NCBI RefSeq assembly: GCF_001194135.2 | Contig: NC_068981.1 | Coordinates: 89,089,315 to 89,130,204 of the forward strand | From: Octopus bimaculoides | Lineage: Eukaryota | Length of the DNA: 40,890 nt | Direction: 5' to 3' | Shown here: one piece after another, positions 24,412 to 36,462 of the stretch | Numbering within the stretch: position 1 is the stretch's first letter | How the letters are laid out: every line of letters begins with the position of its first letter | Made by a program: the position numbers and the translations under genes | The notes under the pieces: generated by a model | What the model was told of the DNA's origin: nothing | Database searches by the model: none | The model's input: the letters and a program-made list of their open reading frames with translations, nothing else

Positions 24412-25014
24412 CATACATGCATGCATACATACATACATACATACATACATACATACATAATCGATTCTCTCGTCACGAATGACAAATGAAAGCTCAGTAA
24501 AATAGAACAGTGATTATGTACTATGGACAAGAGTGTGTCTCTTGAGGCCTGCTGGTACTTTGTAAACCTTCTGGGCAAATGGACAAGTTGAGGACTCAGT
24601 TTACTCGAATGCATGTGGATCATTTTGTTGAGTGGACAAGGCCTACTTTGCACCGTACCACAAATTTCGGTTGCATCTTGGATATATATATATATATATA
24701 TTTGAAAACATACTCATAATTGTGGAAGGACTATACTCCTGTATATGTACATATATGCATATAAATCTCTAAACGTGTGTCTCACTGATCTCCCTCTTCC
24801 AATCTCACCCCGTCTTCGTTTGTACGTCGGTCACTCCTCTCATTCATCATATATTTCTTTGCTTACATGTCTTAGTTTCAATCAATCACTTTTAAAATGT
24901 ATTGTTGCTAACACTTTATTGACAAAACTCTATTCTGGCATTAACAGTTATTTTCTCATGTGGAATCATTATTATAATCATCAATATGTTGCCTTACTTA
25001 ACATATTATATGCA

Positions 25015-25045
<31 letters not shown>

Positions 25046-25269
25046 NNNNNNNNNNNNNNNNNNNNNNNNNNNNNNNNNNNNNNNNNNNNNNNNNNNNNNN
25101 NNNNNNNNNNNNNNNNNNNNNNNNNNNNNNNNNNNNNNNNNNNNNNNNNNNNNNNNNNNNNNNNNNNNNNNNNNNNNNNNNNNNNNNNNNNNNNNNNNNN
25201 NNNNNNNNNNNNNNNNNNNNNNNNNNNNNNNNNNNNNNNNNNNNNNNNNNNNNNNNNNNNNNNNNNNNN

Positions 25270-25301
<32 letters not shown>

Positions 25302-25869
25302 ATATATCATTTTGCTTTTCACTTTCTGTATTTACAACCAGCCAACTTGGAGTTGCTTGATAATCATATCTGTAAACATATGTCGATGTTGTCTTTCGTT
25401 ATAGGGAACAACTGTCCCGTCACGCCATTGTTCAAACAAACCAAACTTTATGCATTATTACACTTTAATGTCGGCCGAATCTTCATCATTTATAAGAACT
25501 AATAACTAAATACATCAATGAAATTTTGTAATATGTAGCCAAGATGATATCCACCCTGGAGGTCAGCAATCTTTCGGACGAAGCGCTAATATCCGGTTGC
25601 TGTCTTCGGTTCCTTCGTCAAACATGAACAATAATGTCAAACCACCATGTTATTATTCTGTAAGGTTGCAGAAATATGTGTGTAACTATATATGTACAAA
25701 TAAAATGTAAATATCTTTGCGTATGCAGTATATACGTTCAACTGTACATTACATACATACATTATATGCATACATTCATACAAGTTTATGCGTTTATGTA
25801 TGTATATATGCATCTATGGTTACATATATATATATTTATATATATTTATGTATTTATACATATAAATAT

Positions 25870-25967
<98 letters not shown>

Positions 25968-26029
25968 TCCCTATTGATTAGTTGCATGAGTTTTATGAGT
26001 ATACACACACGTGTTTATTTTTGTTTTTC

Positions 26030-26315
26030 TGTACCGTTTCTGGTGAAGTATCGAGATGGACGGAGCTGCTCTTCTTTCTGCCTCCTGCTTCAATGTGGTT
26101 TCATCTGATATCTTCGATAAGAATTAGTCCATATCTACACTCAACAAATCTCTGGGGTTGTTTAACAGAATGTTGAAAGGTTGTGGACACTTGAAACACA
26201 AGCTGGATCCTTATTCTAGATGGAAAAGACGTGAACCGACTAGTTCAGTGGCTGGTATATTTTTCAGTTACAATGCTGGGAGCTAGACCTTCCAGGATCT
26301 TCCATATATATATTG
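26030..26315 (-). mobile_element. CR1/Jockey-group LINE C-terminal fragment
   Basis: IYIWKILEGLAP...SRIR...PQPFNILLNNPRDL...D*FLSKISDE...RAAPSISILHQ, a typical post-RT C-terminus (IIY.WKILEG, P.LFN.LP..R, LD.FL..IPDEP, RAA.SNS). Confidence 0.75.
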
Positions 26316-26623
26316 AAAAAGTCGAAAAGACTGAATCCGATACTAAAATATTCTTCATGAATATTATTTTAGCACTTTCTACCTTGTCTTATATATATAT
26401 ATATATNNNNNNNNNNNNNNNNNNNNNNNNNNNNNNNNNNNNNNNNNNNNNNNNNNNNNNNNNNNNNNNNNNNNNNNNNNNNNNNNNNNNNNNNNNNNNN
26501 NNNNNNNNNNNNNNNNNNNNNNNNNNNNNNNNNNNNNNNNNNNNNNNNNNNNNNNNNNNNNNNNNNNNNNNNNNNNNNNNNNNNNNNNNNNNNNNNNNNN
26601 NNNNNNNNNNNNNNNNNNNNNNN

Positions 26624-26663
<40 letters not shown>

Positions 26664-28152
26664 CTCTTCCTTTCTCCATATAGTTATGTATTTAGGTACA
26701 CATGCGTGCATGTGCTCGAATACGTGTTTTCAAAAAAAAAAAATTCTCTTCCAATATGTATATCTTTTCGGACATGTGTACTAAAATGCACGTACAGTAT
26801 TTATATATACACTTGTTTGCATTATATTCTCAAACGCATAAGTATTTCTTATATATTTCTAATACACCAATAGACCTACAGACAGTGGTGGCAGATATTT
26901 CTAATTTCTTTATTTATTTTGTAAATACAGTTTGACAAGTAAATCTAGTGTTTGATTTGGGAAGTAGTGATGGGTAAGACGATTATAGATAATTAATGTT
27001 GATTGTTGAGCTGTAAATATATTCAATAAAAGTTTAAATCTTCAGACATGTTGGAGCAGATAGGAAAGAACAGATGATAAACAAAGTCAATTAGATTTAG
27101 TTTTAGGTTTGGGGAACAGAGTTAGGGTGGGTAATGATACGTTTATAAATAAAAGTCTCTGATAGATAAACGCTAAAACTGTGAACAAGGTAAGTACTTA
27201 ATATAACTTTTCCGTTGCAAAAATAACATTGTTAAACTGATGTGTTGGTGTAGGAAATGTACAAAATTTCACTGGTTAATTACGGTAAGTTAGAATGGCA
27301 AACGAGATATATAGAAGACGAGTGTAAGAAAATCAAAGAATATCGTAAATCAAATAGGAAATATGTAGGAAGTAATCTAAATATTCCCAAGATTTGTATG
27401 CTTATCAGTTACATTTCTGATATGTATCAAAGCAATTCTATAACTGTATCATAAACCACTGGAGAATTCGGTCTTTTCTCGATAAATCATCGAAATATTG
27501 TGTTAATGGAAACTAGTTATGTTACTTATATAAGCCGTTAAATCTTTTCGCTATCGTTCATCATAGCTGCATCAACCTATAAATATACAATCTCTTTTGG
27601 CTACATATTTTAAGAACATAACAATCATAAGTGGAAGTATAACGCTGAGACGAAAAGAGGGAAAATGAATTAAAACTCTCGTAATATTCTCTACAATAAG
27701 CGACGATGACTGAATCAATAAGCGGTATCCTGTTATTGACTCGGATTGACACAAGCAATGGCATCTTTTTATCAACAGCCAAGTCTACCTAAGTAGTAGC
27801 AATTAATGAGCAATAGGACAAACAGATTTATCTAAGTTTTGTAAACAGTAGGAGTACTGAGTCCAAGAAAAAATGTGTCCATTGCAACAACTTCTCTAAT
27901 AATGCAAAAGAGAAATTCGTCTGTAATCTGGTTAATTCTGTAGAGACCAAAGATATACGTGGACTCAATGCTGCAAAATAGATACGTAAATTAAGAATAA
28001 ATATTCATGTATGACTATGCAGGTAGTTTATGTATATATGTGTAAGCATACATATATCATACACACACACACACAACTATACACATACACATATATGTAT
28101 GTGTACATACTGACGCACGCACCCACACTACATACGCGCGAGCGCACACGCA

Positions 28153-28183
<31 letters not shown>

Positions 28184-28421
28184 GCGCGCGCGACATTTTT
28201 GAAAAGCATAACACCACTAAATTTTGCGAAAGAAATTATCGTATTGTGTATATTGTGTAACCCCTCTGGTTTTTCAACTTTTCAAACAAGCATGTTTTGT
28301 GATGCACACACACACACACACACACACACATACATACACACACACAAACAGATATGCATACATACATGCATACACCTATACATACATATATACATACATA
28401 TACACATACATACATACATAC

Positions 28422-29299
28422 AATCCAGAAACAGGAAATATCAACCAAGCACCTGATGCACAAAAGGGATAGAGATGCAGGAAAAGCAGTAAAATGTGAC
28501 AACCGAAGCAGACTTTGTGGTGTTAACATCGAAGATATCCCCACACCATAAGCAGTTCTCCGCAGATGTTATCACCGTATTATCTACCTATGAGACATGA
28601 TATTGTAACTAGGACACTTTATAAGGAAATCCGTAGGAAGGATAATCCCGAGGACAAAGAAATAAGAACCCACAGTTCGGCAGACGCCATAGCCACTCAT
28701 AATAAAAAGGAATATTGGTGGAATGTCCCAGTGAAAACCTCAATAAAATGAAAGGACAACAGACTTGATACAATGATTTGGAATATAGAAGTGAAACTGT
28801 GCACAGATGTGAAAATTAGCTTTCAAGCAGATGATGTTAACATATAGCTGAAGATGTTAACATAAAGCTGAACTATTGAGAAATCTGCTATTACTCTATC
28901 CAGATTACAAATTCAGGTTCATATCTGTAATTATTGAGGCCCTGGGATATATAACACACTGCCTAAATACCAATCTTGAGAAATTAGGCTTCTCAAAACC
29001 AGAAAGGAGAAAGCCAATTCGAAGACTACAGTTCCAATCCATCAGTGGAACTGTAAAAATCTGAAAAATTTTCCAGAGGTTTATCATTTAAGCATATATG
29101 ACCATGTCTAGATGTGCAACTATGTGTATGACAATACAAACATAAGGCAAAACATACAAATCTGAACAAATGCATCCATCCATCCATACATACATACATA
29201 TATAAAAACAAAAATACCCTGTTGTTGTCTAGGTTAGAAACTGGGTCTTTTTCTTTTGGCAAGAAATCTTGAAATAAAACTGAACAATATCATGCATAC
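28422..29299 (+). mobile_element. RLE-type LINE 3' portion (zinc knuckle plus restriction-like endonuclease), family 'TACA'
   Basis: ...DNRSRLCGVNIEDI-H...-YYLPMRHDIV...WWNVPVKTSIK*KDNRLDTMIWNIEVKLCT...LRNLLLLYPDYKFRFISVIIEALG...NLEKLGFSKPERRK: degenerate CCHC knuckle, RHD and PD-D region. Preceded by (CATA)n; ends ...ctgaacaatatcatgcatac. Confidence 0.92.
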
Positions 29300-29665
29300 N
29301 NNNNNNNNNNNNNNNNNNNNNNNNNNNNNNNNNNNNNNNNNNNNNNNNNNNNNNNNNNNNNNNNNNNNNNNNNNNNNNNNNNNNNNNNNNNNNNNNNNNN
29401 NNNNNNNNNNNNNNNNNNNNNNNNNNNNNNNNNNNNNNNNNNNNNNNNNNNNNNNNNNNNNNNNNNNNNNNNNNNNNNNNNNNNNNNNNNNNNNNNNNNN
29501 NNNNNNNNNNNNNNNNNNNNNNNNNNNNNNNNNNNNNNNNNNNTATATATATGTATATATATGTATATATATACATCCATATATATACATACATATATAT
29601 ATATGTACATATATACACATCTATATATATATGTATATATATATGTGTATATATATATACATACA

Positions 29666-29707
<42 letters not shown>

Positions 29708-30109
29708 CACCGAGACCTTCATAAATGTATGCGCATGTTTGTGTGTGTTGTGTGTATTCTCTATAAATCTAATTCCCCTATTTTATCCTTTTATTATTGA
29801 TATATATTAATTTTTCAATTTGGTTTATCATGCACAAATAATTATATTTAGTGAAACTAATGTATATTGGTAATTAAATCGATATCAGTATAAAATGGTA
29901 CTTAATTCATATTTCAAGTTGTTTTTAATTTAAATTTCATTGATTTATCTGGAGGTAGCGCAGTGCTCCTGACACGTTACAAGGTCTTCGATACTGGATA
30001 GAGGAAGGTACCATCGGCTTGAATGACTGCAAGGTATTTCATTCCCCTAAATTCACCAAAGTACGAGGTGCTGGTGTGAAGCTGGGTGACAGATTAAGTC
30101 TAACACCAA

Positions 30110-30290
30110 TGTAGGTCCAACTGGAATTTGAATTCAGAACGCAAAGAGATTTATCACATTCAATAACGCATTCTATCCGATGCCACAACTCTAGCCTGGT
30201 ATTTTATTTATAACTCTACCTCTGGAAATATGAATAACGAAGTTGGTTTTGGTAGGGCTTCAACCTAGAATGCAAGGATCCAGAATATAT
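30110..30290 (-). mobile_element. Two degenerate SINE fragments
   Basis: The rc of 30123-30148 reads tctttgcgttctgaattcaaattcc, the B-box region of the adjacent family. Confidence 0.55.
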
Positions 30291-30300
30291 ATCGCCTGAA

Positions 30301-30730
30301 ATGCGGTGAGGTGGCAGAAAAGTTAGCACGCCGGGCGAAATTCTTAGCGGTATTTCGTCTGCCGCTACGTTCTGAGTTCAAATTCCGCCGAGGTCGACTT
30401 TACCTTTCATTCTTTCGGGGTCTATAAATTAAGTACCAGTTACGTACTGAGGTCGATGTAATCGACTTAATCCCTTTGTCTGTCCTTGTTTGTCCCCTGT
30501 CTGTTTAGCCCGTTGTGGGCAATAAAGAAATAAGAAATGTTAGCATGCCGGGCGAAATGCTTAGCGGCATTTCGTCTGTCCTCACGTTCTGAACTCTAAT
30601 TCCGTCGTGATCGACTTTGCCTTTCATCTTTTAGGGCTCGATAACATAAGTACCAGTTGAGTCCTGGAGTCGATGTAATCCACTTATTCCTCTCCGAATT
30701 TGCTGGCCTTGTGCCAGAATTTGAAATCAG
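30301..30730 (+). mobile_element. Tandem SINE pair with two different 3' tails
   Basis: Unit 1 at 30301-~30533; unit 2 restarts at agaaatgttagcatgccgggcgaaatg. Confidence 0.92.
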
Positions 30731-31956
30731 TATACTAGAATCTTTATGGTCCCCTATACGTATCTCATAAAATTATAACTAACTTTGAGACAAACTATGA
30801 AGTAAACGCTTAGATGCAAAATTTTGCAAACGTAAGTATTTTAACGCGTCGTCAGTTAAAAAATATAAACTGGGACGGCTTGCCAATAACAACAAATTTC
30901 TCCGGATTCATTGGTTATTTATTTTCTGGTATATTTCCCGAAATTTAAGAGAAATATAAATCCACCTAGGCAAGGTAAATGTGTATCTATTTCTTTGTTT
31001 CTATTCTTTGATATTACATTACGTGATTTGATGAATTCCTCACGGCATTGTTAAAAGATTTTCAAACATGAAAGAGAATATTTCACGAAATATTATCGGA
31101 TCATTAAACAACCTACATAAGGCAATACACTATCATTTCTCTTTGCTTTCATTTATTGACATCACATTACATACTTTCTCTAATGTGTCACCTACATTGC
31201 CCGAAGGTTTTTCAAATATCTCCTTTAAACTGTATTTACTTAGAGCAACTCCTATAAGCATTTGGAAACACAGAAAGCTTTTAATACTGATATTTACATA
31301 TGTACTTTGAGGATACAGGTTCAGAAAAATCTATTTCGTCATATACTTGTTCATCTTTTCTTACTTGTTCGTCTTCTCTTGTTCATTTTTTTTCGCTTTG
31401 ATGTTTAAATAGTTGAAGATTGTTTGTAGTATTCATTATTTGTTCTTGTCTATACGATTTTCTTGATACATAACAAATATTTCACTTCCATTTCATCTTC
31501 TTTGTGCTGTATTAACTCAAAGAAACTATGAATAAACAACTTTCATGCATATTAGATCAGGTAGAATTTGGACAACCCCACTATATAGCTGTCACTTTCG
31601 ATAAACTGTTATTGATTTTCGAATATTTTAGCGTAAAGTATAAGATTTTTCAACTTTCAGTATTTTTTTTCCAGTTAAACAGCTTTATAAATATTTCAAA
31701 CATTATTTTCGTAATGAGAATCATATTATTATCCTTATTAATCTACTCTCTTCTCTCCTTTTTGTCAAAATCTTGTTTTTTGATTATCTGTGTACATTAT
31801 ACCGCTTTTAACAATCATAAACTTTCAGTCCTAATTTACGCAGGAAAGGAAATTGATATCTCAAGCAATCAAATGACAACTCAAAGGGATTCAATACAAA
31901 CATAAATACACACACACGTACATATATATATACATATGTATGTATGTATGTATGTA

Positions 31957-32066
31957 GGTCATTATTCAGTTTATTTCATGATGTCTTGCCGATAGAGAAA
32001 ACACCGGTTCCTAACCTAGATGCAAGGCTGCTTCATTGGAATTTTAACATCAACAACAGGATATTT
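31957..32066 (-). mobile_element. RLE-type LINE terminal ~110 bp, family 'TACA'
   Basis: The rc reads aaatatcctgttgttgatgttaaaattccaatgaagcagccttgcatctaggttaggaaccgg...gaaataaactgaataatgac, homologous to 24302-24411 and 29212-29290. Embedded in (TATG)n. Confidence 0.85.
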
Positions 32067-33324
32067 GTGTATGTATGTATGTATGTATGTATGTATGTAT
32101 GTATTATGTATGTATGTGTGTATGTATGTATGTATGTATGTATGTATGTATGTATGCATGTATGTATAACGAGTTTCTTGGTAGTCACCAGTTTTTCTAC
32201 AACAGTTATAGTAGTTGAAATAATTGTATTTTAAGGCTGCTTATTTTACATTCATTTATGAGTGTATATTTTAATTGTCTTGAGTGAAAGTTGCGATATC
32301 AATAAGTATTATCTCTCAAGTTAATATGTACGTCATGTTAGCATAAGTCTTGTACGGACGCTAATGTACACCTTTACGTCTTATGAAATGTATGTCGAAG
32401 ATCGTGTCCTTATTCTGTACAGCTATAAAAAAACAAAAAAAACAAAAAAAAAAAAAACGCTACAGATTATTAAACAGAATTAAACATGTTAAACATGTTG
32501 GGAAGAATTGAAGAAAGATGAAATATCATTTTATATATTTTATTACAATACATTATTACATATATTATTTTTCTAGCTAATTTTTTCTTTTGGCTCAACT
32601 TATGAAACACGATAACCAAAATAGGTGTCAGACTTTTAAAGAGTATTTCTCATGGTAGTAACCATTACTCTGGATTTGAGTGACGTGGATTAATTTAGAC
32701 AACCACAGACACTAAAGTTTTCCCCAAAATCCAGGGTTTTTATAACTGCTAAACTTGACTTTCAAGAATAGAAATTTCATAAAAATATTCTTTTACTAAT
32801 TCTTGGAATTCAAATATGAGCAGTTATTTCAACCAATGGGAAAACAACAATCATATCTCCTCGGCAATACAACATTACGTCATATTGCCGGCTGTTATGA
32901 ATTTCGCGCCACGCTACATATGTATGTTTGTATGTATGTAAAACGTAAAATGAAAACAGAACACAAAGGATTCCGCGGTACACGCGTTTCAAGCTTTATA
33001 CACAACCAGTCGTTGCATCATTATATGAGTATATAATTGATAGAAAGGATGGTTTAAAGCTATATTCAGCCGCAAACATTTTCAGTCCCAAGATTACATC
33101 ACAAAGATAAAAATCACAAATAAAAAAGAAAAAGAGAGAGAAAAAGGAAAAGTCCATTTAGTATTATCCATTGTAATATGCTTATCTTTTAAATTGTTAT
33201 ATCTACATAAAAATCCCTTGGTATTCAAAAATCTGTCCATATTGTACCACAATTCAAGGTAGAGTGAATGATAAAGAAATATAACTAGCGCATATGGGAT
33301 AGGAGAAGATAATAAAAAAATCCT

Positions 33325-33960
33325 CCTTCTGTGGGTGGTTCTGCATTTGGGGATCAATTTTGTCTCTGCCAGACCTAGCCAGTGTGGTATGCTACTGTTC
33401 CCAATGAAAGTTTGCTGGTACAGACTAATAAGGTATGATCGGTAGAACGTTAGCATCTTGTACCAATATCCAACAATCAAGTCTCTTCCAGGTGCTTTTC
33501 CATCCTGGAGTTTCTGGATCACAGTTGCAATGTTATATGTCTTGGATGTAACGTAGGAGCAATAACTTTTTCGGATTTCTTCCAGCCACAGATCATCTTG
33601 GTTAAATTCCTTCTCTTCACTCCAGATTTTCCACCAGAAGGAGTCTATGTCTTCTCGTGAAGGAGCTTCCGTGATATTTATTGCTCCTCCTCTCATGTCT
33701 CTGTATACTGCTGCCTTGTTGTGGTTAATTTTTTTTGTTTATTTTCTTCTCACGGTTATTCTCTTCTGATGTCGGAGTTTTGCACTGACAGCTCTTATCT
33801 CCTGCATTAGTAGTTTGAAAGTGAGTGACCCCTTTTTGCTGTCTCCAAACATCATTTCTATCTCCTTTACTTTCTATTGGTAGGACGTATAGTGATTTGC
33901 TTGTTTGCATGCAATAAGCATCATTACATGACTGATGGTCTTCTGTAACCCAGTTATCTT
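33325..33960 (-). mobile_element. RLE-type (R4/Dong-like) LINE, pre-RT and RT N-terminal fragment
   Basis: ...AVSAKLRHQKR...NKK-TTNKAAVYRDMRG...PSREDIDSFWWKIWS...IQKLQDGKAPGRDLIVGYWYKML...IPHWLGLAETKLIPK: KAPG.D.I..FW.K and P.WL...T.LIPK motifs. Confidence 0.9.
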
Positions 33961-33991
33961 TTTTCTGTTAGTAGTACATAATATTAATATT

Positions 33992-34409
33992 GAAAGAAAG
34001 AAAATGAAGAAACATGGATGCATGAATAATTTATTCGTATGATATACGATGTTGAAATTTTAAAAACATAGTCTTTCTTGGAAGGATGCATACAGATGCA
34101 TCTTTCCATGAAAATTGTTAACCTTAGCTCATAATAACTCATAATAAGCTAATAAAAACCCCGAAGGAGTTCTGCCCCATATAGTTAAAAATGATACCAT
34201 TCTCAGCATATAACCAAATGCTTAGAATTGCATATCGACTAGGGGATAAAACTGAAGTATATATGTAGGTTTTTTCGCATCTCCCATTTTCTTTTTCAGC
34301 TTTACAACTTATAATTTATCTGCATTGTTATTGTTTTTAAAATTTCAACGTCTTTATATCATACAAATAAAATATTCATACATCCATCTTTCTCCATTTT
34401 CTTTCTTTC
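33992..34409. mobile_element. Foldback/MITE-like element with ~78-bp terminal inverted repeats
   Basis: 33992-34068 is the reverse complement of 34332-34409 with about 8 differences. The right end runs into a gap. Confidence 0.6.
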
Positions 34410-34954
34410 NNNNNNNNNNNNNNNNNNNNNNNNNNNNNNNNNNNNNNNNNNNNNNNNNNNNNNNNNNNNNNNNNNNNNNNNNNNNNNNNNNNNNNNNNNN
34501 NNNNNNNNNNNNNNNNNNNNNNNNNNNNNNNNNNNNNNNNNNNNNNNNNNNNNNNNNNNNNNNNNNNNNNNNNNNNNNNNNNNNNNNNNNNNNNNNNNNN
34601 NNNNNNNNNNNNNNNNNNNNNNNNNNNNNNNNNNNNNNNNNNNNNNNNNNNNNNNNNNNNNNNNNNNNNNNNNNNNNNNNNNNNNNNNNNNNNNNNNNNN
34701 NNNNNNNNNNNNNNNNNNNNNNNNNNNNNNNNNNNNNTATATATATAAGCAGTTATAATGATAGTTACAATAGCTAGTCTGCTTCGCCATAACATTCTCC
34801 AATGCTTTTTCCAGTTAACATGATGAATAAATCTTTATGCTAAAAAACAAGTGGAGAAATTAGGCATTTCTCATATTAGAAATAATAAACTATAATTCGG
34901 AATACCATAGTATAATATTATATATGAAAAAAATAGTATAATATAATATATAAT

Positions 34955-35084
<130 letters not shown>

Positions 35085-35085
<1 letters not shown>

Positions 35086-35382
35086 TAGAAATAGAGGTAA
35101 CTCGAATGTGGAATCTAAATACAGAAACAATTTCTATCATAGTAGGTGCCTTAGGTATAATAAAAAAATATTCAGACAAATACATAACAAAAACACCAGG
35201 ACTTACAAATATATATAACATACAGAAAATTGCATTACTGGGCACTGCACACATCCTACGCAAAACACTTTCAATACAGTAACCATAAGAGCATCACAGC
35301 AAACCACAGCACATACCCAAGGCGCACAGAGCTGCGCTCGGTAGTGAAGTGAAAGCACGTTATAAAAATAAAACTACTGAAC

Positions 35383-35385
<3 letters not shown>
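35085..35385 (+). mobile_element. Dong-like RLE LINE 3' end, family 'TAA'
   Basis: Uninterrupted frame 35088-35282: EIEVTRMWNLNTETISIIVGALGIIKKYSDKYITKTPGLTNIYNIQKIALLGTAHILRKTLSIQ*. Followed by a 3' UTR and (AAT)n to ~35424. Confidence 0.92.
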
Positions 35386-35414
<29 letters not shown>

Positions 35415-35973
35415 TAATAATAATGGTATGGAATTTATAAATATTTAATACATCGCTACGTACATTGCCATACATCGCGTGATTTTGACATCAGAGTCGG
35501 GATTAGTACAGTATAGTCCGTATTAACCCTGGGCATCCAGTTGCTCATCATCATTGATTCATTTCACCAGGCGATACTGCATTATTGGATGAATCACAGA
35601 GGGATGTTTATCTCTCCTTGCCAGTATGAAGGCCAATCTGGCTGTGTATTTCTGTATGTACTTGGTAGGGGGGTAGGTGATGGGAGTAGAGGAAGGAATG
35701 GTAGTAATATGGGGATGAAGTTGTGTGTGGTGGTGTAGACTTTATTTGCTATTCATTGTGCAAATTTTAAGGATAGTGATTCATTTTGCAGATTTAAGGA
35801 TGGTAGTACATCTCTTTGATTTATTTCATTGAAGACCTAACTATTGCTTAACCGCTGTCTCACACCGTCTCCGATAAAGGGATATATAAAATATCGGGGA
35901 AACAGCTGTAAGACCTATTTATAAATGTTCTAAAATCTTTCACAGCCTTGGATTTTTATCTCATTCTGAAAAT

Positions 35974-36028
<55 letters not shown>

Positions 36029-36106
36029 CTATCANNNNNNNNNNNNNNNNNNNNNNNNNNNNNNNNNNNNNNNNNNNNNNNNNNNNNNNNNNNNNNNNNN
36101 NNNNNN

Positions 36107-36175
<69 letters not shown>

Positions 36176-36302
36176 AGAAGAAGAACAGAGCTGGAGTTCA
36201 AAATTCATAACTGCCCTTTTGACAACATTTTATTGCAGCATTCTTAGGTTACATCTTGGCAAAAATCCGCCATTTTCAGGTAAATTTTAAACATGTAGGC
36301 TG

Positions 36303-36395
36303 GTAAGACAGAAATAGAGGTTACTAGTTCACCAAGAGTTATGCCTTGTTTCATTGTGGCTGTTGGTGAACTAGTCGCCTCTATTTCTGCCTTAT
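36303..36395 (+). ncRNA. Candidate pri-miRNA hairpin
   Basis: 36304-36343 pairs with 36355-36394 without bulges: 32 Watson-Crick pairs, 5 G-U, 3 mismatches; 11-nt loop containing UGU. Not matched to any miRNA I recognise. Confidence 0.45.
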
Positions 36396-36414
36396 ATACA
36401 TACATACATACCTG

Positions 36415-36462
<48 letters not shown>

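Noticed and set aside
24524-24650. Repeat-spacer spacing reminiscent of CRISPR
   Set aside because: The repeat is only 8 bp, the context is eukaryotic and there are no cas genes.
31290-31520. Minus-strand coding-like stretch (REDEQVRKDEQVYDEIDF)
   Set aside because: In-frame stops lie upstream and there is no usable splice structure.
35832-35917. 70-bp imperfect hairpin between 8-bp direct repeats (aagaccta)
   Set aside because: The inverted segments do not reach the element ends, so a hAT-like call is unsupported.
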